NCBI GenBank assembly: GCA_012838235.1
Contig: DUPQ01000074.1
Span: 26,709-90,708 of the forward strand
Reading direction: 5' to 3'
Source: Clostridiaceae bacterium
GTDB lineage: Bacteria > Bacillota > Clostridia > DUPQ01
Length of the DNA stretch: 64,000 nucleotides
The translations under genes were made by a program, and so were the position numbers. The notes under the pieces are model-generated. The model ran no database searches. It had not been told where the DNA came from and was given only the letters and a program-made list of their open reading frames with translations. This document shows positions 1-9,086 of this stretch, in pieces. The first letter of the stretch is position 1; every line of letters starts with the position of its first letter.

Positions 1-678
1 TCCTATTGCAACACAGACCGGAATACTGTTTTTGTATTTACCCAAAATTATCGGTGAATTTACAACATCGGGAAGAATGTTTTGATTAATACCGGCTGCT
101 TTCAGAGCTTCTCTGTCGAAAGCATTGTCTTTCAGACTGTAAAGGCCCAAAGACTGAGCGTCGGTTGAATGAATAACGGGTTTTTTACAGCCTGCAAGAT
201 TGCATGCAATATAACCGTGGATTGTGGATATATAGCGTGCTTTGCAGTACACTATTTTGTGCATATGATAAAACAAGGTGGTAAGTCCGAATCCCGTGGC
301 CATTTTATAGCCTGTCAGTTCGGAAAGATAGTCCGCATAGGATAAACCGCTGTCCCGGTATTGCAGATCACCCGACTCATACTGCCATGTGAAAAGAGGA
401 CCGGCTAAGGAAAAATCTTCATTTATATAGACTATTCCGTGCATCTGTCCGGTTACACCTATGCATTGTATATCGGGATATTTTGAAAGTACCGTTTCAA
501 TAAGTGTATATGCTTTGGTTAATATAGCTTTTGCATCCTGCATTTTGGTTTGTTTTTTATCAACCGTTATGAAAGTATCGTTAACGGTATCAAAGGTTTC
601 CGGACAGCTACCTGTTTTACCGTCAATGACGGATACGCAGATTTTACTTGTTCCTATATCCAAACCTAATGCCAGCAT
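1..678 (-). CDS. FGGY-family carbohydrate kinase, N-terminal ~226 aa (gene runs off the window start)
   Basis: Reverse translation from the ATG at 676-678 gives MLALGLDIGTSKICVSVIDGKTG... and later ...CIGVTGQMHGIVYIN, both FGGY N-domain motifs. A GGAGAG SD sits 9 nt after the GRE stop. It is absent from the ORF track because it is truncated by the window edge. Confidence 0.75.
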   Translation of the reverse strand, partial: MLALGLDIGTSKICVSVIDGKTGSCPETFDTVNDTFITVDKKQTKMQDAKAILTKAYTLIETVLSKYPDIQCIGVTGQMHGIVYINEDFSLAGPLFTWQYESGDLQYRDSGLSYADYLSELTGYKMATGFGLTTLFYHMHKIVYCKARYISTIHGYIACNLAGCKKPVIHSTDAQSLGLYSLKDNAFDREALKAAGINQNILPDVVNSPIILGKYKNSIPVCVAIG

Positions 679-687
679 AACTCTCTC

Positions 688-3051
688 CTATAACGATGTG
701 GACTTAGGATCCAGTCGGGTAATAATGTCTTTCTGAATAGCGGGGGAAAGGTCCAGAAAGTTAACGAATGTGCCGTGAATCCTCATAATGTAAACTCCGC
801 TCGGAGCGTATTTTTCCGGTTCCGCCAGTACCTTTCTTAATGTTTCCGCCGTTGTGACATTCACATAGAGATAGTAGGGGCATACCGTATTGATGTCTTT
901 ATTGAAAAACAGAGGTTCAATGACTCTCTCTTTAAATTGTATGCCTTTTTCTTCGTATGTCGGGGCGGTGAAGTATTTGGGATCAATACCGAAATGCGAT
1001 GCATAACCGCCGTTCATCTCGGCAAACGGAAGATTCATACAGGACAGTATCCTGAAACCCAGACCTAATGTCGCATCACCGTGTAAGGGATCTATTCCGA
1101 AATTCAACATCTGTCTGGCCTCTCTTCCGTCCGGTGTTGCACCTACCCAGTATCCGTACAGCAGGTGAGTGGAGGGTGTGGACCAGTCGGCGCGGAAGCC
1201 GTTACCTAAGTAGTTCTTTGTTGATTTCACGTAATCTGAAATCTTTTCCGATATCTCTTTGGCAAGCGCATCGGGAGCGGGAATATTATTTCCGTACTTG
1301 GGAGCATTTTTAAGAAAAGCCTTTATATCGGAATCGCCTTCAAAATTATTCCTGAGAGCGTTTATAAGGCGGTCGGGATTGGAAGAATATACCTTTAAGT
1401 ATTCTTCTATCGCTATTATGGAATCGGCGACAACCGATAAACCGTGGATAAGGCATCCGCTTGCATTGTACCTGGTTCCCTGATTTTTAACATCCCTCAT
1501 GTCATAGCCGGTTTCCAAGCCGCCCATAAAGCTTGATAAGAAAGGTACCGGCAGTTCCGATAAAGCAACCGAAGCGCCGTTTGCCGCATCCGCCATATGT
1601 TTTATATAATACTTAGCATCATCGTAAAAGTACTCTTTTATATTCCCCAGTATATTCAGATTATCAACATTTCTCTTTCTTCCCAGCTGCTCGCCAGATA
1701 TAAGGGAGCGTCCGTTGTTTATTGTCATTTCCAGTATCTTACCGAGGTTCAGCCAGCTGTTGGTGGTATTGCCGTTATCTTTACCCATAATCAACGGTTC
1801 CTGACAGCCTGCTACCGAGTAATCTTCCAGGTCGGTTTCTTCAATACCCGCTTTTTTTAGCACTTGGAAAACCGAGTCGTCATTGAAAAAAGAAGGAGTA
1901 AGACACCCGGGCGTAAAGAAAAACCTTCCCATCTCTTCATACAGTTTTTGAGGGGTGTTCTTATGCAGTTTGACCGATAATATGGGTTGCGGGAAGTTCA
2001 TGGCATAGTATGCGTCCAGGAACGCATATGTGCAGACATTGGTAAGGTCGACACCGGAATTGGATTTGCCTCCTAAGAGTACATTCTGCGATATGGCCCA
2101 GGATCGGTCTCCCACGTTATAGAATACGAGGAAATGCCTGAATAAACTTGCCGCCTGCTCTCTGGTAAGATTTTTCCTGTAAGGCTCGAATATCCTGTCC
2201 GCATTTCCTACGGAAAAGGCAAACGGATTGGGAGCCTGTTCAAGGCACATTACCTGCCATAATAACAGGTATGCCTGTATTGCCTCATATAGATTTTCCG
2301 ACGGCAGGGCAGGAACTTTTCTCAGTGTGGATTCCAAAAGCGCAAGCTGCTTTTTTCTTTCGGCACAAGCTTCTTTGTATTGCGATGCCGCAATATCGGC
2401 ATATCTGTTAGCCAACAGAATTACGCATTCAAGAGCAATCTTCATTGCCGCAAGGTTATTTCGTTTCTGCTCGTTTTCTTCGTTTTTTATACGCTCTTCC
2501 GTATTTTCTATTATGGCTTTTACACCGTATTTTAAAGCCGGACGGAAATCCGGTATCACATGTCCCGTAACCTGTTCCACAAAGAATATTACTTCCTTTG
2601 TGTATTGTTCGTAGTCATCATAGACTTTTGTAAGTTTCTTTACAAATTCCGTATTCTTGGTAAATTCCTTAACTTTGGCAATGCGTTCTTTTGTAAATTC
2701 TTCGTTAGGTTCAATATCATCATATATCGCTGTGGGGTCGCAGTAACCGGAGAATGTTTCCACCCGGAATGAGGGATTTATGAGGGCATAGGACCTGGCA
2801 AATGCATCTCTTTGCGTTCCTGCAAAGATATTGTTTTCGCTTATGCCCAGCGGTATGTTTGTGATAATGTTTTTAATTTCATAAGCTGCTCGAAGTTCCT
2901 TGGGTAAATCTTTCAATTCTTCATGTGTATCGCAAACAATCTCACGAGCAAGAAACCAACCGTCCAGTCTTTTTAAACTGCGCTCTTCTTTGAAAAGCAG
3001 GGAGGCCTTGTCATCTATTACTTTTTGTGTGTAAACTTCATATACATTCAT
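688..3051 (-). CDS. Glycyl radical enzyme (PFL2/glycerol-dehydratase-like clade), 787 aa
   Basis: Size and overall PFL-like sequence. The Cys loop is SVAGCQEP (GCxE type, as in dehydratase/lyase GREs). The C-terminal Gly loop is YIMRIHGTFVNF, about 30 aa from the end. GGAGGT SD lies 4 nt upstream of the ATG, and an activase gene is immediately upstream. Confidence 0.9.
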   Translation of the reverse strand: MNVYEVYTQKVIDDKASLLFKEERSLKRLDGWFLAREIVCDTHEELKDLPKELRAAYEIKNIITNIPLGISENNIFAGTQRDAFARSYALINPSFRVETFSGYCDPTAIYDDIEPNEEFTKERIAKVKEFTKNTEFVKKLTKVYDDYEQYTKEVIFFVEQVTGHVIPDFRPALKYGVKAIIENTEERIKNEENEQKRNNLAAMKIALECVILLANRYADIAASQYKEACAERKKQLALLESTLRKVPALPSENLYEAIQAYLLLWQVMCLEQAPNPFAFSVGNADRIFEPYRKNLTREQAASLFRHFLVFYNVGDRSWAISQNVLLGGKSNSGVDLTNVCTYAFLDAYYAMNFPQPILSVKLHKNTPQKLYEEMGRFFFTPGCLTPSFFNDDSVFQVLKKAGIEETDLEDYSVAGCQEPLIMGKDNGNTTNSWLNLGKILEMTINNGRSLISGEQLGRKRNVDNLNILGNIKEYFYDDAKYYIKHMADAANGASVALSELPVPFLSSFMGGLETGYDMRDVKNQGTRYNASGCLIHGLSVVADSIIAIEEYLKVYSSNPDRLINALRNNFEGDSDIKAFLKNAPKYGNNIPAPDALAKEISEKISDYVKSTKNYLGNGFRADWSTPSTHLLYGYWVGATPDGREARQMLNFGIDPLHGDATLGLGFRILSCMNLPFAEMNGGYASHFGIDPKYFTAPTYEEKGIQFKERVIEPLFFNKDINTVCPYYLYVNVTTAETLRKVLAEPEKYAPSGVYIMRIHGTFVNFLDLSPAIQKDIITRLDPKSTSL

Positions 3052-3066
3052 GTCTACCTCCGAAAG

Positions 3067-3927
3067 CTATGTCCTTATTATATCAAATCCGTTATCTTTA
3101 AATATACGGGTAAACATTTCCGAAGTGTCATCGGAAATATATTCATAGCCTTTCATTTTATACTCCATACCGCATTGTTGCCATTTGGATTTGCCGAATT
3201 CATGAAATGACAAAAATTCAACGGTTATGTTCTGCTTGTTACATTCCGATAAGGTATTTACAAACCCCACGGCATTTTCCTCTTCCGCATTAAAACCCTT
3301 TATGAGCGGTATTCGTATGTTGATTTTTCTTATAAGCGATAATCTTTTCAGGTTTTTCTTAATTATTGCATTGGAGATACCCACGGTTTTTCTGTGTCTG
3401 TCATCATCATAGTGTTTAAAGTCGATAATGAGATGGTCGATATATTCCGTTGCCGATGCAAGATCGGGATGGGAACCGTTGGTCTCTATAGCGGTATTAA
3501 TATCTTCCTGTTTCAACTTTTTTAGCATGTCAATCAAAGCAGGCAGATTTAATGTCGGTTCTCCTCCGGTAAAGGTAACGCCGCCTCCGGAAAAGAACAT
3601 GGATTTACTTCTTGCGGCTTCTGAAACTATTTCATCGGTGTGGTATGTGTCGCAGGATAATTTAATGCCCATGTGGAGTGTCTGAAGACACATTTTAGGA
3701 CAGCCCCTGCAAAGTTTGCTGTCCAGCATACCGGAAGATATGGCACCGTTAGGACATACTGCATCGTCAACACCTTCGGTTACCATTATACTGCCGTCTT
3801 TTTCTATACCTTCGGGATTGGAACACCACGGGCAATTCATGTTGCAGCCCTGCAGATGATAAACAAGTCTGTTACCCGGGCCGTCCTGCGAGAAATTAAA
3901 GCCTTTCTGAAATACTTTAATAAGCAT
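3067..3927 (-). CDS. Glycyl-radical enzyme activating enzyme (radical SAM)
   Basis: CNMNCPWC (CxxxCxxC) near the N-terminus, an extra Cys-rich ferredoxin-like insert (CPNGAIS...CRGCPKMC), GGGVTFTGGEP SAM motif, and adjacency to the GRE. Confidence 0.9.
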   Translation of the reverse strand: MLIKVFQKGFNFSQDGPGNRLVYHLQGCNMNCPWCSNPEGIEKDGSIMVTEGVDDAVCPNGAISSGMLDSKLCRGCPKMCLQTLHMGIKLSCDTYHTDEIVSEAARSKSMFFSGGGVTFTGGEPTLNLPALIDMLKKLKQEDINTAIETNGSHPDLASATEYIDHLIIDFKHYDDDRHRKTVGISNAIIKKNLKRLSLIRKINIRIPLIKGFNAEEENAVGFVNTLSECNKQNITVEFLSFHEFGKSKWQQCGMEYKMKGYEYISDDTSEMFTRIFKDNGFDIIRT

Positions 3928-3928
3928 T

Positions 3929-5311
3929 TTATCCCTTCTTTATAACCTGACCTGCCGGTGTATCGTTTATGGAATAACCCAACTGCCTTATCCGGTCACG
4001 CAATTGGTCGGATTTCTTCCAGTCTTTGTTTTTTCTGGCTTCCAGACGCTGCTCGGCAAGTAGTGTTACCTCTTCCGGTATATCATCCGCCGCTTCGGTT
4101 CTTTTTTTGTCAAGATCCAGAGCAAGCACCTTATCGAAATCCATCAGCAGATTATATATACTTTTGGATTTGACATTGTTTCTGGCTGCATTCCATACGG
4201 TACTCATGGCAAGAGGCAGATTGAGGTCATCTTGCAATGCTTCACGGAATTGCTGTTTGTATTCTTCTATCACGTTTGAGTCAATGTGCGTATCCGATTC
4301 TTTGTGTTCTAAAACGAGATTGGATAAACGGTTAAGACTTTTCTGAGCCGCCTCTATTCCGTCCCATGTGAAGTTCAGTTTTTTCCCGTAATGAGCATTT
4401 AAGCACATATATCGGAAGGCAAGAGGTTCGTACCCTTTTTCTTCCAAGTCGGACAGAAGATAGGCTGTTCCCATGGATTTGGACATTTTGCCTCCGTCAA
4501 CCTGTAAAAACTCGCAGTGCATCCAGTACTTAACCGCCTGCTTTTTCAAGAAAGCGTCCGACTGCGCTATTTCATTTTCATGGTGAATGGGTATATGATC
4601 CACTCCTCCGGTATGTATATCAAACTGATCACCTAAGTACTTTCTGCTCATTGCGGAACATTCTATATGCCATCCGGGATAACCCATACCCCATCTGCTG
4701 TCCCATTGCATAATGTGTTCTTTGGGAGCTTTTTTCCACAAAGCGAAATCCGCAGGATGTCTCTTTTCTTCATTGACGGCAACTCTTGCTCCCGCAAGCT
4801 GTCCTTCCAGATCCAGATTGGACAATCTGCCGTATTGCGGAAATTTTGCTATGTCGAAATATATTCCGTCGCTTGTTTCATATGCATAGCCCTCATCATA
4901 GAGCTTGTATACCATTTCCAGCATTTCTTCTATGTGCTCCGAAGCTTTACACAGTACATTGGGTCTTTGTATGTTCAGTTTTTTAATATCCGCAAGAAAA
5001 GCATCGGTATACATCGCTGCTATTTCCCATGGCGTCTTATTGGTACTTTTTGCCGTTTTAATCATCTTGTCTTCACCTTCGTCGGCATCGGAAACAAGAT
5101 GTCCCACATCGGTTATATTCATAACATTCTTAACTTTATATCCTAAATAATTCAGCGACCTTTTTAAGAAATCCATGAATAAAAAGGCTTTCATGTTTCC
5201 TATATGAGCATAACTGTATACGGTAGGTCCGCAGGAATACATGCGTACCGTTTTATCGTCAATCGGTACCAGTTGCTCTTTCTTCTTTGTAAGTGTATTG
5301 TATACCTTCAT
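3929..5311 (-). CDS. cysS: Cysteine--tRNA ligase
   Basis: HIGN (HIGNMKAF) and KMSKS (GKMSKSMG) class I signatures, 460 aa, and the typical WGMGYPGWHIECS Zn/Cys-binding segment. Confidence 0.95.
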   Translation of the reverse strand: MKVYNTLTKKKEQLVPIDDKTVRMYSCGPTVYSYAHIGNMKAFLFMDFLKRSLNYLGYKVKNVMNITDVGHLVSDADEGEDKMIKTAKSTNKTPWEIAAMYTDAFLADIKKLNIQRPNVLCKASEHIEEMLEMVYKLYDEGYAYETSDGIYFDIAKFPQYGRLSNLDLEGQLAGARVAVNEEKRHPADFALWKKAPKEHIMQWDSRWGMGYPGWHIECSAMSRKYLGDQFDIHTGGVDHIPIHHENEIAQSDAFLKKQAVKYWMHCEFLQVDGGKMSKSMGTAYLLSDLEEKGYEPLAFRYMCLNAHYGKKLNFTWDGIEAAQKSLNRLSNLVLEHKESDTHIDSNVIEEYKQQFREALQDDLNLPLAMSTVWNAARNNVKSKSIYNLLMDFDKVLALDLDKKRTEAADDIPEEVTLLAEQRLEARKNKDWKKSDQLRDRIRQLGYSINDTPAGQVIKKG

Positions 5312-5508
5312 AATCTGTCCTTTCCTAATGCAGGATTGTTAAAAATCATTAAACAGTTCACTGCTAATTATATATTAGTATGGAGGAATAATCCATCGGA
5401 TAAAGAAAAATATGGAATAGCACATATCAAACAGCCGGAAAGTCCAAAGATAATGGATTTTTTATTACAAGTATGCTCTAATAATAGGTAGAGATGTGGA
5501 GGTGCAAA

Positions 5509-6309
5509 ATGCAAATTGAACTATATAAAAAACTGTATGGCAGTTTAGTCAACTATGCTGCAGCAATGGGAATAGATGAAGTTTCTCTTCAGAGGTACTT
5601 TTACCCTAAAAGAGATATCACTTCAAAGGGTATTCTGATTCGACTTTGTTCATCCTTACAGAATAGCGGCAGGATGCGCAACTCCATAAAGTTTAACGAT
5701 AAAGATACCACCAACAGAATGATTATAAAAAAGGTACTGTTCGATTTTAACACGAAGAAATCCGCTTCTATATATCATGAATGGACAAGCATTTATGATG
5801 CGATGCTTGATATGGGTATCATTGATAAGGGTATGAAAAAGCATACAGCAACCAATTGGGAAAAATACTGTCGAGGACTCTATGACGGGTTGCAGTTTTT
5901 AACAGTTGATAATGGTGAAAAGATAATAGCAGATCTTGTGGCAACATCAAATATGACAGACAAGGAACTAAAGGAATTACATGCAATTTCAAAGAAAATA
6001 CATGGTCTCGGTTTATCATTAACCTGTGATTGGTTGAAGGATTGTGGCTGCACATGGCTGGCTAAACCGGATGTACATATTATAAAGGTAGTCAGATACA
6101 TGCAATCTGATGATAAGCTCAATGAAGAGGATGTTATTAAAGAGATGTTTTCTTGGGCTCAAGCCGTAAAGAAAAGCGGCACTGATAAGAATGCTACGGC
6201 ATACAAGATTGATAAAATAATATGGTTATTGTGTACAGGTACTTTCTATCTTGATGATAACAGAATAGGCAGAGAAGCCATATACAGAACAATTGATTCT
6301 CTAAGGTAG
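5509..6309 (+). CDS. Hypothetical protein, possibly with a helix-hairpin-helix-like C-terminal region
   Basis: Long ORF. GGAGGTG SD lies 4 nt before the ATG at 5509; the track start at 5494 has no SD. The segment HGLGLSLTCDWLKDCGCTWLAKPDVHIIKV looks like an HhH motif. I did not recognise any family. Confidence 0.5.
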   Translation: MQIELYKKLYGSLVNYAAAMGIDEVSLQRYFYPKRDITSKGILIRLCSSLQNSGRMRNSIKFNDKDTTNRMIIKKVLFDFNTKKSASIYHEWTSIYDAMLDMGIIDKGMKKHTATNWEKYCRGLYDGLQFLTVDNGEKIIADLVATSNMTDKELKELHAISKKIHGLGLSLTCDWLKDCGCTWLAKPDVHIIKVVRYMQSDDKLNEEDVIKEMFSWAQAVKKSGTDKNATAYKIDKIIWLLCTGTFYLDDNRIGREAIYRTIDSLR

Positions 6310-6334
6310 TATTAAGCAGTTTATGATTAAGTAA

Positions 6335-7480
6335 TTAAGTACCTTTACGCAAGATATTCAAATAGTCCGTGTAAGAATATATTTTTGTCTTACCTGCTTT
6401 TCTGGAATGTTCCAAAATGCCTTTTTTACATAGTATATCTACATATTTAGCTGTGGAGTTATAGGAAAAGCCTAATGCCTCAGCTGTTTTTTTGGTATCT
6501 ATTATAGGATTTTTCTCAAGATAAGTAAGTAATGTCTCCAGTCTTGCTTTGATGCTCGGGGTTATGTCGTCAAGCTTCTGAATGCTTATATTTTTCACCT
6601 CGGTTAACTTGTCAATTGTTTCTATAGCGTCGGTTGCCGTTTCAACTATAGCACGAAGAAAGAAAGTAACCCATTGTTCGTAATTTCCGCTTTTTCGGAC
6701 TTCGCTTAAACGGTCGTAATACTCGATACGGTTGGCTTTAAGGTAACAGGACATATACAGTACGGGGGAACGCAGTGTTTGTGTCTGCATTAAAAACAGA
6801 GCGATCAGCAATCTTCCTATTCTGCCGTTACCGTCTAAAAACGGGTGAATGGTTTCGAACTGATAATGAATCAGTGCTGCTCTGATTAGTGTATCAAGTG
6901 AGTCTTCACTATTTATGTACTTCTCAAGGTCGGACATTGCAATATTCATATCTTGCACATTGGGAGGTATGTAGCGGGCATTTTTTAGTGTACTTCCCGG
7001 GCTGCCAAGCCAATTTTGCGATGTACGGAATTCACCGGGTGTTTTTTCCGCTCCGCGTACTCCCTGAAGCAAAACAGCATGTGTTTCTTTGATAAGTCTG
7101 TTACAGAGCGGAAGCGTATTAAGCTGCTCCACGGCAAATTCCATCGCTTTGATGTAGTTTACAACTTCCGAAACATCAGCATTGGTATTTGTATCAAGGT
7201 TAGGGTCAAGTATATCTTCCAAAGTACATTGCGTACCTTCTATCTGTGATGAGACAAGTGCTTCTTTACGTACATACATGGCAACAAAAAGATCCATATC
7301 GGGGATTCTTGCAGCAAGGCCGTCTAAGAGCGAAACCTTCTTATTTGCCTCCAGCAGAAGAGCCAACATTTCCTCATCGGGTTGTATGGGCGGTATCGGG
7401 GGAAGCTTAGCGGGTCTGAAGGACTTATACTCAAGCTTTCCTGAAAGATTGGAAACATATTCACCGGAACGATTAATCAT
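6335..7480 (-). CDS. Fic family protein (AMPylase-type) with N-terminal inhibitory motif and C-terminal wHTH
   Basis: Fic core HPFLDGNGRIGR. An upstream SSQIEG motif matches (S/T)xxxE(G/N). GAGGTG SD. Confidence 0.9.
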   Translation of the reverse strand: MINRSGEYVSNLSGKLEYKSFRPAKLPPIPPIQPDEEMLALLLEANKKVSLLDGLAARIPDMDLFVAMYVRKEALVSSQIEGTQCTLEDILDPNLDTNTNADVSEVVNYIKAMEFAVEQLNTLPLCNRLIKETHAVLLQGVRGAEKTPGEFRTSQNWLGSPGSTLKNARYIPPNVQDMNIAMSDLEKYINSEDSLDTLIRAALIHYQFETIHPFLDGNGRIGRLLIALFLMQTQTLRSPVLYMSCYLKANRIEYYDRLSEVRKSGNYEQWVTFFLRAIVETATDAIETIDKLTEVKNISIQKLDDITPSIKARLETLLTYLEKNPIIDTKKTAEALGFSYNSTAKYVDILCKKGILEHSRKAGKTKIYSYTDYLNILRKGT

Positions 7481-7494
7481 AATATCACCTCAAA

Positions 7495-7534
7495 TTTGAG
7501 TTTTCTAAGGGTATTACAGCATAGAAAACTCAAA
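7495..7534. promoter_or_regulatory. 11-bp inverted repeat (TTTGAGTTTTC / GAAAACTCAAA) next to the fic SD, with a third direct copy at 7543-7557
   Basis: Read directly from the sequence. The palindromic CTCAAATTTGAG core directly abuts the GAGGTG SD of fic. Confidence 0.3.
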
Positions 7535-7575
7535 AAGTCAATAAAATTTGAGTTTGCTATGGAAAATATGGAAAG

Positions 7576-7609
7576 AAAACGCAAATTTTTAAGGTAATTT
7601 GCGTTTTCA
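7576..7609 (-). terminator. Intrinsic terminator after the M20 peptidase gene
   Basis: Perfect 13-bp inverted repeat GAAAACGCAAATT...AATTTGCGTTTTC, 34 nt past the stop, with a T-rich tract on the minus strand. Confidence 0.6.
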
Positions 7610-7642
7610 TAGACAAATATTCTTTTATGTTAATCGGTGCAC

Positions 7643-9076
7643 TCAGCTCTGTTTAATAACCCTCACATAGAACTTAACCATATCGTATACGGTATCACAG
7701 GGTATTCTTTCGTTGTTTCCGTGAATTAAAGCTCTTTGTTCTTTTGTTAAGTACATTGCGGAGAATCTGTATACCTTATCGGATATCTTGCTGAAGTGTC
7801 TGGAATCGGAAGCCGCAAACATAAGGTAAGGGGAGACTATTGCATCGGACCATGTCTGTTTTATTGCATCGGTCAGTATATCCCAGCCTTTACAGTCGGT
7901 AGAGGAATATATCGAAGGGTCGGAACCGTGAATCATTTCAAATTCAATATTGTCATTTTTTACGGTCTTCTTAAGATATTCTATAGCCGATTGACATGTA
8001 TCTGTCCCTATAAGTCTCAGATTTGCGGTAAAGGATGCTTTGGGAGGAAGTACATTGGCCGCACTGCTGCCGCTTGCCATTGTGAATGCAACGGTGGTTC
8101 TCATAAGAGCATTAAGCTCGCCTCCGCTTTTTTTGCACATAAGATCCAATACCGGACTGAAACACCACAGGTTTGCAAAGATTACTTTGAAAACAAAAGA
8201 GGAATGCCTGCCTAAGTTATCAAACATTTTTTTAACAGGGGGAGTCAGTTGGAACTTGAACGGGTTATTTTCAATATTGACAACGGCTTGTGAAAGCTGA
8301 CCGATAATTGTGTGAGGTTTAGGAGAGGATGCGTGACCGCCCTGACTTTTCATGGTCATACGTACATCCATAGCTCCTTTTTCCGCCGTACCCACAAGAG
8401 CACATCTGGCTTTTACACCGGGGAAAACATCTTCCACTACCGCTCCGCCTTCATCTATTACCAATGCGGGTACTATGTTCCTTTTTTTAAACAATTCCAC
8501 AATAGCGGGGCAGGAGGGACCGGACACTTCCTCATCGCCTGAGAAAGAAAGATAGATGTCGTTTTGGGGTACAAAGCCTTGTTTAATAAGGAGATTGGTT
8601 GCTTCCAGAATTGAGGTGAAAGTACCTTTGGTATCCAATGTACCGCGACCCCACACTTCATTGTTTTCCACAATACCTTCAAAAGCGGGCTTATCCCATT
8701 GGTCCTCATTTGCCGGAACGACGTCATAATGTGCCATTAGCACTGTGGGTGCATCGCTTTCTTTACCCGGCCAGCGGAAGAGAAGACCTGTGTTTGATAC
8801 TTTTTCAAATTCACATTTCCTGAAAACATCGGGATAGAACTTTTCTATGAGTTTGTGCAGTTTTTCAAATTCCGCAAAATCCACCTTTTCGAAATCCATG
8901 TTGGATACGGTTTTGCATTTTATAAGTTCCGACAATCTGTTTATTATCCCCTCATTATCTAATTCAATATCAGTTATTTCGGGTTTCGTTATCGGATAAG
9001 GCTTAAACAATAACGCCCGAATGATAAGAATGAGAAGGAAAATGATAAACAGAGCGGGAAAAATTAACCACCACAT
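7643..9076 (-). CDS. M20/M25/M40 family metallopeptidase with N-terminal membrane anchor
   Basis: N-terminal TM helix MWWLIFPALFIIFLLILII. Motifs LMAHYDVVPA, GRGTLDTKG and SGDEEVSG are typical of M20 dipeptidases/carboxypeptidases. Confidence 0.85.
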   Translation of the reverse strand: MWWLIFPALFIIFLLILIIRALLFKPYPITKPEITDIELDNEGIINRLSELIKCKTVSNMDFEKVDFAEFEKLHKLIEKFYPDVFRKCEFEKVSNTGLLFRWPGKESDAPTVLMAHYDVVPANEDQWDKPAFEGIVENNEVWGRGTLDTKGTFTSILEATNLLIKQGFVPQNDIYLSFSGDEEVSGPSCPAIVELFKKRNIVPALVIDEGGAVVEDVFPGVKARCALVGTAEKGAMDVRMTMKSQGGHASSPKPHTIIGQLSQAVVNIENNPFKFQLTPPVKKMFDNLGRHSSFVFKVIFANLWCFSPVLDLMCKKSGGELNALMRTTVAFTMASGSSAANVLPPKASFTANLRLIGTDTCQSAIEYLKKTVKNDNIEFEMIHGSDPSIYSSTDCKGWDILTDAIKQTWSDAIVSPYLMFAASDSRHFSKISDKVYRFSAMYLTKEQRALIHGNNERIPCDTVYDMVKFYVRVIKQS

Positions 9077-9086
9077 AACATACCTC

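Noticed and set aside
5312-5493. T-box leader upstream of cysS
   Set aside because: I could not find the T-box consensus (…GGGTGGTACCGCG…) or its complement on the relevant strand. The roughly 180-bp gap must also hold two divergent promoters.
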